DNA from: Candidatus Omnitrophota bacterium
GTDB taxonomy: Bacteria > Omnitrophota > Gorgyraeia > Zapsychrales > Zapsychraceae
Assembly (NCBI GenBank): GCA_021108075.1
Contig: JAIORP010000178.1
Span: 31,811-95,810 of the forward strand
DNA length: 64,000 nucleotides
Direction of reading: 5' to 3'
The notes below the pieces were generated by a model. The model did no database searches. It was not told the DNA's origin and saw only the letters and a program-made list of their open reading frames with translations. Positions 19,688 to 29,459 of the stretch are shown one piece after another. Made by a program: the position numbers and the translations under genes. Every line of letters begins with the position of its first letter. Positions within the stretch are counted from its first letter, which is position 1.

Positions 19688-21484
19688 ATGAACAAACAGA
19701 AGATTTTTTTAATATCTCCGATATCCTTCTTATCTAAAACATTTTATTCATTTCTTAAGAAGTTTAACTACGACGTTTACTGTAGAGGTCGATTTGATAA
19801 GGACGTTTTAAGTGATACGGCTAATGATCATTATGATCAAGCTAGCGACGCGTTTCGCGCGTTTACGGATGACCATATTCAGCAAGACAGAATTAAAGCT
19901 ATTGCCGAAAAATATGGCTTAGATCCAACCTGTTTAGGTAAATTTTCTCGAGATGTCATGATGAGTGTTTGGCACTTTGATTTTTGTTTTACGTTTACTG
20001 CTGTCAAGAAGTTTGCCTCTTCAAACGCGATTATCGGATTTGTCAGTTATCCTCCAACCTGGTGGAAGTCATTAGAAGATATCCTCGGATACAAAACAAA
20101 TATTTTTTTCTCTGCGATCTTAATGTTTGAAAGACGATGTCGTATCTTTGTCAAATCGACACTAAAAATGATTTTATTTAGCATAAAATTATTGTCTTGG
20201 CTTTTTTTAAGATCTAAAGAAAATTATGGATATTGGCAACAAAATTATATTTGGCTCTCAGGTGATAAGAAAAACGTTCTCACCCGGGATTCAAAGAAGA
20301 ATTCATTGCCCTGTTTCCTGTCACAATTAAGGGTTGAGGGGAAAATACAGCAAAAGTTCATAATCATTGCTCCCGCGTTAAAAAAAGATGAATGGTGGGA
20401 GGATGAGGATGTTGTTGCCAGAAGCAATGTTTGGGATTTCTTTCCTGATGTGTCTTTATCTGAAGTGGGGGGAATTCTTAAACAATTTTTTTATCTATAT
20501 ATTCATTTATTTTTTAATTTCTTTAGCTCTAAGCCGGATTTTGAAATATTAATTGCTCTTTTTGATTATATCTTTATTGGATTTGTACTTCAGAAGCTGG
20601 ATCCTAAAGCTGTTTTATATTCTCAATCGACTTTTGGCGCGGGCAATAGTTTTGTTTACGCGAGTGCAGAGAAAAAGATTAAATCATTTCTTATTTATTA
20701 TGGGGCTTCAAATTTCAGGCCCGCCGTTGAATCCAAAGTGACGTATCAATTATTCACTAGCGAGTGCCAAAACGTTATCGCGGATCACATTTTTGTTTGG
20801 AATGAGCATACGAGAAAGCATTTTGAATCGATTGGTCGAGAAAAAAATGTTCATATTGTTGGAACTCAAATATTTTCACCGTGTTATCCGTTAAATCATT
20901 TTAAACCTAATACCAGATTTACAATAGGTGTATTCTTCGGGGTGCCGTTTGCCAAAGAACACATTTACCGAATGGGCCTGGGCAACTATTTCCATGATGT
21001 TTCTTATTGCGCGGAGTTTTGGCGCAGCTTATTCTCTGTGGTATCGAAAGTCTATCAGGAACAATTCATGTTTTTGGTTAAATTAAAAATTCGGGGGAAT
21101 AATCAGAAGCACTATGATACCTGGTTTCGTTCGTTGAAAAAAGAATATCCTTTCTTTGATGACGTCGTTCAGATCTGTTCAGAGACTGAGAATTTATGGG
21201 ATCTTGTTCAACGCACGGATTGCTGCGTCTCAACAGCTTTAAGCTCTGCGGCATGTGTTCCGCTTGATTTTGGCATTCCTTCAATTCATTATGATCAGGC
21301 GGGCATCGTTAAACCGATTGATAATCTTGGCATTCCCTTACTTTGCGATGAAAATTTTTTGATTCAATGGTTTCGAGACCTTAGAAATGGGCGTATAAAA
21401 AAGTATAAGATTGATGGAAAAAAATTTGATCTAGGAGCCGTCTCATTAGCCCGAATGTTGAATTTAATCATGTCTGAAAGCTAA
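19688..21484 (+). CDS. putative polysaccharide biosynthesis protein (possible GT-B-like ulosonate transferase)
   Basis: Long AT-rich ORF; C-terminal HIFVWN and STALSSAACVPLDFGIPSIHYD resemble PFTS-motif glycan proteins; function inferred from context. Confidence 0.5.
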   Translation: MNKQKIFLISPISFLSKTFYSFLKKFNYDVYCRGRFDKDVLSDTANDHYDQASDAFRAFTDDHIQQDRIKAIAEKYGLDPTCLGKFSRDVMMSVWHFDFCFTFTAVKKFASSNAIIGFVSYPPTWWKSLEDILGYKTNIFFSAILMFERRCRIFVKSTLKMILFSIKLLSWLFLRSKENYGYWQQNYIWLSGDKKNVLTRDSKKNSLPCFLSQLRVEGKIQQKFIIIAPALKKDEWWEDEDVVARSNVWDFFPDVSLSEVGGILKQFFYLYIHLFFNFFSSKPDFEILIALFDYIFIGFVLQKLDPKAVLYSQSTFGAGNSFVYASAEKKIKSFLIYYGASNFRPAVESKVTYQLFTSECQNVIADHIFVWNEHTRKHFESIGREKNVHIVGTQIFSPCYPLNHFKPNTRFTIGVFFGVPFAKEHIYRMGLGNYFHDVSYCAEFWRSLFSVVSKVYQEQFMFLVKLKIRGNNQKHYDTWFRSLKKEYPFFDDVVQICSETENLWDLVQRTDCCVSTALSSAACVPLDFGIPSIHYDQAGIVKPIDNLGIPLLCDENFLIQWFRDLRNGRIKKYKIDGKKFDLGAVSLARMLNLIMSES

Positions 21485-21529
21485 AAGCTGACTTTTGTAT
21501 TGGTATAAAAGGGTTCTTTATGCAATGCA

Positions 21530-21557
21530 TTGACATTTGATCAGATTCTAATAGAAT
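21530..21557 (+). promoter_or_regulatory. putative sigma70 promoter upstream of cmoA-like gene
   Basis: TTGACA (21530-21535), 16 nt, TAGAAT (21552-21557) in an AT-rich intergenic gap. Confidence 0.4.
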
Positions 21558-21661
21558 ATATTAAATCTTATTAAATATAAATTTTTTATATAGTAATTCT
21601 TTTAATAATTATATTAATATACTACAATTTGTATAATTTTTAGCGAAAAAGGAGGCGTGCG

Positions 21662-22390
21662 ATGAGCGAAGATAAGATTTTTGCAGATGATAAAGAAAAA
21701 ATAAATGATTTTGAGTTTGGAGAAGAGACAGCCCAAGTATTTGATGACATGTTGGATCGCAGTGTTCCGCTTTATCGCGAATTACAACGCATGATCGGTG
21801 AAATCGCGAATGAATTTGCCCAATCGGATACGAATATTGTTGATTTGGGGTGTTCAACCGGTATCACGCTTTTAACATTAAATAAAATGGTAGAGAAGAA
21901 TGTGAAGTTGATAGGTGTCGATTATTCACAGGCTATGCTCGATAAATGTAAAAAGAATTTGATAAAGGGTCATGTTAAAAAAGAATATGAATTTTTATGC
22001 CGCGACCTGAATAATGGCTTGGTCATAAAGAATGCATCTGTCGTTGTTTTGAATTTAACCCTTCAATTTATTCGTCCGCTTCAAAGAGATCTGCTGATTC
22101 AACATATTTACAATGGTTTGGTTGATAACGGATGTTTAATTTTAGTTGAGAAAGTCTTGGGGAATGATTCGGTTTTTAATCGGACATTTATTCAATTTTA
22201 TTATGATATGAAACAACGGAATGGTTATTCGGAGTTGGAGATTGCCCAGAAGCGTGAAGCATTGGAAAATGTGCTAATACCGTATCGAATGAGTGAAAAT
22301 GATCAAATGTTGCATCGTAATGGGTTTAGATACATGGATATTTTTTATAAGTGGTACAATTTTTATGGTGTGATAGCAATGAAAATGTAA
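21662..22390 (+). CDS. cmoA: carboxy-S-adenosyl-L-methionine synthase CmoA homologue
   Basis: FEFGEETAQVFDDMLDRSVPLY, DLGCSTG, LQF, YSELEIAQKREALENVL; AGGAGG RBS. Confidence 0.85.
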   Translation: MSEDKIFADDKEKINDFEFGEETAQVFDDMLDRSVPLYRELQRMIGEIANEFAQSDTNIVDLGCSTGITLLTLNKMVEKNVKLIGVDYSQAMLDKCKKNLIKGHVKKEYEFLCRDLNNGLVIKNASVVVLNLTLQFIRPLQRDLLIQHIYNGLVDNGCLILVEKVLGNDSVFNRTFIQFYYDMKQRNGYSELEIAQKREALENVLIPYRMSENDQMLHRNGFRYMDIFYKWYNFYGVIAMKM

Positions 22391-22399
22391 AGGAGATTT

Positions 22400-23560
22400 A
22401 TGTTTGTTAACTCTACAAGCCAGAAAGAAGTTGAACAGGACATTGATTCTTTTATAAAAGATCAACACACACAAGGTGATCGAAATCGTTTATCCGCTAA
22501 ATTAAAAGGCGTCAAAATATGTGATACGGATCGCGAAAAGCGACTATTAAAGGTTATTCAGCAGGATCTGCATATATTAGAACGCATTGATGTGTCTGGA
22601 ATTCCCGGGGAATTGGATATTAAGTGGAAAAAATTAACAACAAGCGAACCGAACCGTTTTTTGAATGAGGACCGTTCTCCTAAGGCGGATGTTTTACGTA
22701 ATTTTAGAAAATTATCGATATTCATACCAGATGTGCCAACCTGTGACTTATCCGGGACTAATCCTATTAATATTGTTAGCGGTGGACGTCGAGGTGCGAG
22801 AAAACTCTTGTGTGAAAATTTAGAAATGCTTAAAGATAGGAAATGTCTTGATCTTTTGAAAAAATATCCTGTCAGCCGTATTGGAAACCCGAACGTTTTT
22901 ATTAAAGAAGGGTATGAATACACACATCGATGGACAAAGCATATATACTCATTGAGTTTATTTAAAAAGTATTTGGAGTCAGAATTAACAAATGATTTTG
23001 TTTTATTGGATTTGGGGTCAAGCTATGGGATTTTTTCCTATTTGATTAAGAAAGAGTATCCGAAAACAACACATATTCTGGTAGATTTTCCTGAACAACT
23101 AACGTTGGCCCATTATTTTTTAGGGATGAGTTTCCCTGAAGCAAAAATCGCGACAGTATCCGATCTAAAAGACATAGCTGCTTTGACAAATAACACTATA
23201 TCAGAGTATGATTTCCTTTTAGTCCCATGGTTTTATTATGATAAGTTAAGGTCGATCAAGATTGATGTGTATGCTAATTTTGCTTCTTTGGGAGAAATGC
23301 GGAGGGAATGGTTTGATTTTTATCTGAGTCATCCTGTCTTTAAATCTGCGAAGTGTTTGTTTATGATGAATAGTTTTATGTCAGGACAGGTTTATGATAA
23401 TGATTTAACTTTTTTAGATTATCCTTTTCGTGATTTTGATCAGTTGTATTTAGGGATTTGGCCCTATTCCCACTATACTTATGATAAAAAGCAGTTTTTT
23501 TTCTATGAAAAAGTTTGTTTCGCCTCCCAATATTTTGAATATATCGGCAAGAGAAAATGA
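22400..23560 (+). CDS. putative sugar O-methyltransferase
   Basis: IGNP, LDLGSSYG, VDFPEQL, NFASLGEM pattern of glycan-locus O-methyltransferases. Confidence 0.7.
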   Translation: MFVNSTSQKEVEQDIDSFIKDQHTQGDRNRLSAKLKGVKICDTDREKRLLKVIQQDLHILERIDVSGIPGELDIKWKKLTTSEPNRFLNEDRSPKADVLRNFRKLSIFIPDVPTCDLSGTNPINIVSGGRRGARKLLCENLEMLKDRKCLDLLKKYPVSRIGNPNVFIKEGYEYTHRWTKHIYSLSLFKKYLESELTNDFVLLDLGSSYGIFSYLIKKEYPKTTHILVDFPEQLTLAHYFLGMSFPEAKIATVSDLKDIAALTNNTISEYDFLLVPWFYYDKLRSIKIDVYANFASLGEMRREWFDFYLSHPVFKSAKCLFMMNSFMSGQVYDNDLTFLDYPFRDFDQLYLGIWPYSHYTYDKKQFFFYEKVCFASQYFEYIGKRK

Positions 23561-24591
23561 ATATGAATAAATCAAAATGTATCATCATCGGTTTCGGCTA
23601 TATGGGGGAAATTCGCGGGCGGGTTATTGATCAGCACGGGCGGCTTGAGCTCATCGGTGTGTGCGAGCCCGACAACGTCAAACGCGAGAAGATCAAGGGT
23701 GTGGCGGCGGTTTCGACCTACCAGGAGGCTTTGGCCTTAAACCCGGATATTGTTTTTGTCTGCGCCCCCAACTGTTTCGCGCCTGAAATAACCATCCAAA
23801 GTTTAAGGCGAGGTGTCCACGTTTTTTGTGAAAAGCCCCCTGGCCGTAATGTGCAGGATGTCCTGGATATGCGGGCGGCAGAACATTCGTCTGTTAAGTT
23901 GATGTTCGGCTTTAATCACCGTTACCATCCCGGGATACTGAAAGCAAAAGCGGTTTTAGAGACCGGCCGCCTGGGCCGGATCATCTCTTTGCGTGGTGTT
24001 TATGGTAAATCAGGCGGTGCTCAATACCATACGTCCTGGCGGAATGATATAAAAATTTCCGGCGGCGGGATATTACTGGACCAGGGTATTCATATGTTAG
24101 ACCTGTTCCGTTTTTTTTGCGATGATTTTGATCAGGTTAAATGTTTTGCCTCAACGTCTTATTGGAAATTCAACGACTTAGAAGATAATGCTTTTGTTAT
24201 TCTGAAAAATAAGCAGGGGCAAACGGCTTCGCTGTATTCCTCCGCGACACTGTGGAAACACACGTTTCAGATCAACATCATTTGTGAAGACGGCTACATG
24301 ACAGTGGAAGGGTTGCTGTCTAAATCCGGCAGTTATGGCCGTGAACGGCTTAAGATAGCCAAACGTCAGTTTGAAGATGAAGCTGCCGCGGTTGGTAATC
24401 CTTCCGAAGAAATCACATATTTTGACCGGGACCAGTCGTGGAATTTAGAAGTTGATGAATTCGTGGATTGCGTTCAAAATAATAAACCTGTTTCGACCAG
24501 TTCCTCTCATGATGCCTTGCGGGTCATGGAAATTGTTGATCAGGCCTATTCCGATGCCGGAATGAGTTTTTCTCAGGAGATAAAGCGATGA
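23557..24591 (+). CDS. Gfo/Idh/MocA family oxidoreductase
   Basis: GFGYMG, CEKPPG, GFNHRY, GGGILLDQGIH. Confidence 0.9.
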   Translation: MNMNKSKCIIIGFGYMGEIRGRVIDQHGRLELIGVCEPDNVKREKIKGVAAVSTYQEALALNPDIVFVCAPNCFAPEITIQSLRRGVHVFCEKPPGRNVQDVLDMRAAEHSSVKLMFGFNHRYHPGILKAKAVLETGRLGRIISLRGVYGKSGGAQYHTSWRNDIKISGGGILLDQGIHMLDLFRFFCDDFDQVKCFASTSYWKFNDLEDNAFVILKNKQGQTASLYSSATLWKHTFQINIICEDGYMTVEGLLSKSGSYGRERLKIAKRQFEDEAAAVGNPSEEITYFDRDQSWNLEVDEFVDCVQNNKPVSTSSSHDALRVMEIVDQAYSDAGMSFSQEIKR

Positions 24592-25604
24592 AGACAATTG
24601 TGAGCAATGATGACTTTAACGCGGTTGATTTGAAACCATCCGGACTTTTAGCGCGATATATTGACCTGGCTAAAACGGATGTGCGGACATACATTTTAGA
24701 AGGAAACCCATTAAAGCCCTGTCCTTGCCCGGCCTGTCAACGCGATGAGGCCCGGCCGGCCTTTGTTAAGTTGGGGCTTCATTACCAGGAGTGCCTGGCC
24801 TGTGGCACAATTTTTATAGCACCGCGGCCCGGCGATGAGAGCATCGAAAAATTTTACCGGAAATCAGGATCGCGTAAATTTTGGCAGGAACAATTATCTC
24901 AAAGTACAGACCTTAAAAGAAAACAAAAGATTATCAAACCCCGCTGTGAGTGGATGATGGATTCTACCCAGGAGCATTTACCTGAGGCGCGTTGCCTGGC
25001 GGATATTTATATGAACCATACGGGGTATGTTCACGAACTGGAAAGCCTGGCCTGTTTTGAACAGAAATTGTTGGTCAATCCATGGGTGTCGTTTGATAAC
25101 CGTCAAACGCCTGACGGAATAAAGATTGTCCAGGCGCGGGATTGGGAAAAACTTCTCGAGCGTCAAGTTGATGTGCTGGTCTTGTTTGAGGTCTTAGACC
25201 GCGTGGCTGATGTTGAGACATTTATGACGAACGTTCACCGGATATTAAAACCGGGAGGGTTATGCTTTATCACCGCGATCCTTTCCTCCGGGTTTGATAT
25301 TCAGACATTGTGGGATGACGCGAACAATCTCATTCCTCCCGACCGTCTGAACGTGTTTTCGGTGGATGGTCTTTGTTCTTTATTTGACCGGCAGGGATAT
25401 GAATGTTTGGAGTTCAGCACACCGGGGATATTGGATATTGAGCTTGTTAAAGCCGGCCTGAACAAGCAAAAGAAGGTTCATTCACGGTTTGTTAAACAGA
25501 TCATGGAAGCCCGGAATAACACGCGACGGGAATTTCAGCGGTTTTTGCAGGCGAATTTATTAAGTTCTTATGGACGCGTTTTGATACGCAAAAAGGAGCG
25601 GTAG
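24588..25604 (+). CDS. class I SAM-dependent methyltransferase with N-terminal Zn ribbon
   Basis: CPAC..CLAC, FEVLDRV, LKPGG; motif I is degenerate. Confidence 0.7.
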   Translation: MKTIVSNDDFNAVDLKPSGLLARYIDLAKTDVRTYILEGNPLKPCPCPACQRDEARPAFVKLGLHYQECLACGTIFIAPRPGDESIEKFYRKSGSRKFWQEQLSQSTDLKRKQKIIKPRCEWMMDSTQEHLPEARCLADIYMNHTGYVHELESLACFEQKLLVNPWVSFDNRQTPDGIKIVQARDWEKLLERQVDVLVLFEVLDRVADVETFMTNVHRILKPGGLCFITAILSSGFDIQTLWDDANNLIPPDRLNVFSVDGLCSLFDRQGYECLEFSTPGILDIELVKAGLNKQKKVHSRFVKQIMEARNNTRREFQRFLQANLLSSYGRVLIRKKER

Positions 25605-25607
25605 GAT

Positions 25608-26231
25608 ATGTCTTATGTGAGGCGTTATTTAGAAGAAACCAAAAAAATATCTGAGTTGATCAATCCCCAAGATGTTGAGAACATGATCAACATTCTGTTA
25701 AAGGTCCGTCAAGCTGCGGGGCGCCTGTTCTTTCTTGGTGTTGGCGGGAGCGCTGGTAATTGTTCTCATGCCGTCAACGATTTTCGTAAGATCGGTGGAT
25801 TTGAAGCGTATACTCCGGTTGATAATGTCTCGGAACTAACGGCCCGGACCAATGATGAAGGCTGGGAGACCGTTTTCGCCCAATGGTTAAAGCAGTCACG
25901 GTTAAATGAAAATGATTGTGTTTTTATTTTTTCCGTTGGAGGCGGCAGCAAGGAGAAAAATATCAGCGTGAATTTAGTTTACGCCCTGGATTATGCCAGA
26001 CAGCAATCCGCAAAAGTGATCGGTGTTGTTGGCCGGGATGGCGGGCATACGGGGCAAGTCGCCGATGCCTGTGTGATCATCCCGACGATGTCAGATGACA
26101 CGGTTACCCCGCACGCGGAAGCGTTTCAGGGCGTTGTTTGGCATATGATCGTTTCTGATCCGCGCGTCATGCGGATGACCAACAAATGGGAGTCTGTTGC
26201 CGATCAAAAGACCAGTAAAGAAAATAATTAA
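25608..26231 (+). CDS. SIS-domain sugar-phosphate isomerase (GmhA-like)
   Basis: GVGGSAGNCSH, TARTND, SVGGGS, GRDGG. Confidence 0.85.
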   Translation: MSYVRRYLEETKKISELINPQDVENMINILLKVRQAAGRLFFLGVGGSAGNCSHAVNDFRKIGGFEAYTPVDNVSELTARTNDEGWETVFAQWLKQSRLNENDCVFIFSVGGGSKEKNISVNLVYALDYARQQSAKVIGVVGRDGGHTGQVADACVIIPTMSDDTVTPHAEAFQGVVWHMIVSDPRVMRMTNKWESVADQKTSKENN

Positions 26232-26242
26232 AGGAGTACGCG

Positions 26243-26929
26243 ATGGCCATTTTTATAGATTCAGGTAACATTGAAGAAATCAAGACGTATCATTCCATGG
26301 GCATCATCCGCGGAGTGACGACCAATCCGACGATTCTTCTTCAAGACGGCATCAAAGGCGGTATGGCTGAGATCAAGCGGTGTTCGGTTGATCTCGCCAA
26401 ATTGATCCATCCGTATCCTTTGTCCGTTGAAGTCACAACCAATGATCCGCGGAAGATGTTGGAAGAAGCCCTTGAGATGGCGTCCTGGGCGGATAATATC
26501 AACGTAAAATTGACGATCCACGGCCCTGACGGCGAGTTAGACAATTTGACGGTTATCCATGAATTAGAGACGAAACACAATGTCCGTGTAAATGTCACGG
26601 CCATGATGAGCGCGCAGCAATGTTTTGTGGCGGCTTTAGCCGGCGCGACTTACGTCTCGCTTTTTTGCGGGCGGGTGAACAATATGGGTTACAACAGTAT
26701 GGAGGAATTGAGCAAGCTCCGTAACTTGATTGACAGTTTTGATCTAAAGGCTCAGATTATCGCGGCCTCGACCCGTGAGATTTTGAACATTGTTGAGTGG
26801 TTGGACGCCGGCGCCCATATCGTCACGGTTCTGCCCAAATTCATGAACGGGATGATCGTGCACCCGTACACCAAAGAGACGGTCCAACAATTTTTGGATG
26901 ACGCAGCTAAAGGAGAAGGCGCTAAATGA
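26243..26929 (+). CDS. transaldolase family protein (short FSA/TalC-type)
   Basis: IFIDSG, GVTTNPT, NVK Schiff-base Lys, VNVT, YVSLFCGR, AASTR. Confidence 0.88.
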   Translation: MAIFIDSGNIEEIKTYHSMGIIRGVTTNPTILLQDGIKGGMAEIKRCSVDLAKLIHPYPLSVEVTTNDPRKMLEEALEMASWADNINVKLTIHGPDGELDNLTVIHELETKHNVRVNVTAMMSAQQCFVAALAGATYVSLFCGRVNNMGYNSMEELSKLRNLIDSFDLKAQIIAASTREILNIVEWLDAGAHIVTVLPKFMNGMIVHPYTKETVQQFLDDAAKGEGAK

Positions 26930-27720
26930 AAAGTATTATTAATCGACGGAAGAAATTAAAGAAAAAGTTTAAGAATAAAGAGAGGGTTTTCGGGGCATGG
27001 ACATCACTCGCCCATTCGGGTATCACAGAAATTTTTTGTCAATCCGGGGTCGACTTTGTCGGTATTGATATCGAGCACAGCACGATCAGTCAAGGCGAAG
27101 CGCGAAGGATTATATCTGCCGCCCAAGCCGGAGGTTCCTTATGTTTACCGCGTATCGCTTCGCATAATATGGAGATGGTCAAACGCCTGTTAGACTCCGG
27201 CGCGGACGGGATTATTGTTCCGATGGTCTCAACAGCGGAAGAGGTCCGGGACATTATCTCCTGGTTGAAATATCCACCGAAAGGTAACCGCAGTTACGGT
27301 ATAGCCCGCGGGCAGGATTATGGATTTGATTTTGAAAATTATACCAGTTCATGGAACGACACCTCGACGTTAATCGTCCAGATCGAGTCGGTTGAAGGCG
27401 TGGAGAACATTGAAGCGATCACGGCCTTTGAAGAGGTCGATGGCATTATGATCGGTCCGTATGACTTATCCGGGTCATTAGGCATCCCCGGTCAACTGAA
27501 TCATCCCAAAGTTCAGGACGCCTGTATCAAGGCCTTACAGATGGCGCATGTGGCCCAGAAATCGTGCGGGACCCAATTGATCGAACCCAACGCGGAGAAT
27601 ATGAAGGCTTCTTTTGATCATGGTTATGACTTTGTGATCTTAGCCTCTGATGTCTTTCTCTTATGGAAGTGGAGCGAGGCGATGAAAGTTTTCATTAAGC
27701 AATTGAGAGGCACGCAGTAA
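26926..27720 (+). CDS. HpcH/HpaI family pyruvate-dependent aldolase
   Basis: IDIEHS, LDSGADGIIVPMV, QIES, IGPYDLS. Confidence 0.88.
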   Translation: MKSIINRRKKLKKKFKNKERVFGAWTSLAHSGITEIFCQSGVDFVGIDIEHSTISQGEARRIISAAQAGGSLCLPRIASHNMEMVKRLLDSGADGIIVPMVSTAEEVRDIISWLKYPPKGNRSYGIARGQDYGFDFENYTSSWNDTSTLIVQIESVEGVENIEAITAFEEVDGIMIGPYDLSGSLGIPGQLNHPKVQDACIKALQMAHVAQKSCGTQLIEPNAENMKASFDHGYDFVILASDVFLLWKWSEAMKVFIKQLRGTQ

Positions 27721-27722
27721 GC

Positions 27723-28373
27723 ATGGCAACTTTAAGGACGGTTGTTTTGGATTTCGACGGTGTGCTGGTTGAGTCTGTCGGGATAAAAGATCAGGCCTTT
27801 GAAGAAATTTTTTCTGAATTCCCTGAGCATTTTGACCGGATTATGCGGTATCATCTGGCGCGCAACGCGACAATCCGTTATGAAAAGTTTAAACATATTT
27901 GGACGGAAATCCTCGGACGGCCTTATTCCGTTGATGTTGAACAGGAGTTATGCGGTCGATATGAGCGGCGTATCGTTGATAAAATTATTCAATGTCCTGA
28001 GGTTACGGGCGCGTCGGACTTTTTGAGCTTTCTCAGCAAAAAAATGCCTTTGTATATCGTTTCGATGAATCCATTGGAAGAGTTGAGGTCGATATTGCGA
28101 AAGCGGGGTTTTCTCTCCTTTTTTAGAGACGTGTACGCTTTTCCCTGGAAAAAGAAAGACGCTTTAGCGGATATTCTCAAGAAAGAAGGCCTGACGGCAC
28201 AGCAGTGCGTCTTTATCGGTGATACCCCGGAAGACCACATGGCGGCAAAAGAGAACGGCCTGACTTTTATCGGACGGCAATCAAATAGGAAGTTATCCGA
28301 TGATATTCCCGTATTTAAAACCCTGACGGATATTCAAAATTTTTTAGTGGATCAATATAACATTTATGAATAA
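27723..28373 (+). CDS. HAD family hydrolase
   Basis: DFDGVLVES motif I, FIGDTPED motif IV. Confidence 0.88.
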   Translation: MATLRTVVLDFDGVLVESVGIKDQAFEEIFSEFPEHFDRIMRYHLARNATIRYEKFKHIWTEILGRPYSVDVEQELCGRYERRIVDKIIQCPEVTGASDFLSFLSKKMPLYIVSMNPLEELRSILRKRGFLSFFRDVYAFPWKKKDALADILKKEGLTAQQCVFIGDTPEDHMAAKENGLTFIGRQSNRKLSDDIPVFKTLTDIQNFLVDQYNIYE

Positions 28374-28399
28374 AGACATTCTATCAACTCTTTATGATC

Positions 28400-28503
28400 A
28401 TACCAAATCTATTAATAAATTGTTCTATATTAATTTTGATATTCTCGCTAAATCGTCGAGAAAAGCAGAATTGGTGTTGGTCATTATTTAATGGAATTGG
28501 TAT
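28400..28503. mobile_element. MITE copy 2 (104-bp class)
   Basis: ATACCAAATCTATTAA ... TTAATGGAATTGGTAT inverted termini; internal TTCTCG..CGAGAA hairpin. Confidence 0.85.
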
Positions 28504-28650
28504 AATTATATCAGTCAAGACTTGATGATTTTGACCTGCCGGGTTATGGTTTTGGAGATTTGCCTTTGTAGTCGATCCCGATCGCATTTTCCGGGTTAAC
28601 AAAATTGGCGATCAAAGAATAAAACAGATCAACGCGGAAAGGATAATATT

Positions 28651-29433
28651 TTGGAGCAACATTATTTAACAAAATTTTTTAATTTGGAAGGAAAAGTCGC
28701 GGTTGTGATCGGATCGGCCGGTTTTTTATGCAGTGAGATGGCGATAGGTTTAGCCCGGGCCGGTGTCGCGGTCGCTTTGTTAGATAAGAACGAAACGGGT
28801 TTAAGAAAGGTTTTAGCCAGGATTAAGAAACACCGGTCGCGGGCGATTACTTACCGGATGGATGTAACCGATAAAAACGCCCATCAACAGGCGCTTCAGG
28901 CTGTTCTTAAGGAATTCAAGAGAGTGGATATTTTGATTAACGGGGCGGGCATCAATGCTCCGACCCCGGTGATGGATATCGCGTTAGAGGAGTGGCACGC
29001 GATCATTGATTCGCATGTCACGGCGACGCTCTTCGGTTGCCAGGTTTTTGGCGCTCATATGATCAAACGCAAGAAGGGTTCTATTATCAATATGTCCTCA
29101 GCGTCCGCCGGTCCGCCCTTGTCCAGGGCGTTTACCTATTCGGTCGCCAAAGCGGGCATAAGAAACCTGACGCAGAATTTGGGGCGGGAGTGGGCCCCTT
29201 ATAACGTGCGCGTGAATGCCCTGCGCCCCGGGTTCTTCCCGACGGAATGGAGTAAGAAGCATTTTATTGATCCAGGCCGAAATGACGCGATCCTGGGGCA
29301 CACGCCCATGGGCCGTTATGGGAAACCGAAAGAATTGGTCGGTGGAGTGTTGTGGCTGGCTTCTGACGCGGCAAGCTTTGTGACCGGGTCCGAAGTCAGC
29401 ATCGATGGTGGTTTTAGCTGTATGACAATATAA
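28651..29433 (+). CDS. SDR family oxidoreductase
   Basis: GSAGFLC, NGAGIN, YSVAK, IDGGF; TTG start. Confidence 0.85.
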   Translation: MEQHYLTKFFNLEGKVAVVIGSAGFLCSEMAIGLARAGVAVALLDKNETGLRKVLARIKKHRSRAITYRMDVTDKNAHQQALQAVLKEFKRVDILINGAGINAPTPVMDIALEEWHAIIDSHVTATLFGCQVFGAHMIKRKKGSIINMSSASAGPPLSRAFTYSVAKAGIRNLTQNLGREWAPYNVRVNALRPGFFPTEWSKKHFIDPGRNDAILGHTPMGRYGKPKELVGGVLWLASDAASFVTGSEVSIDGGFSCMTI

Positions 29434-29459
29434 AATACGGACATAAAAAAAGGTCAACA

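Noticed and set aside
21499-21508. TTGGTATAA as a seventh MITE end
   Set aside because: Only the terminal heptamer matches; no partner ATACCAA or interior similarity nearby.
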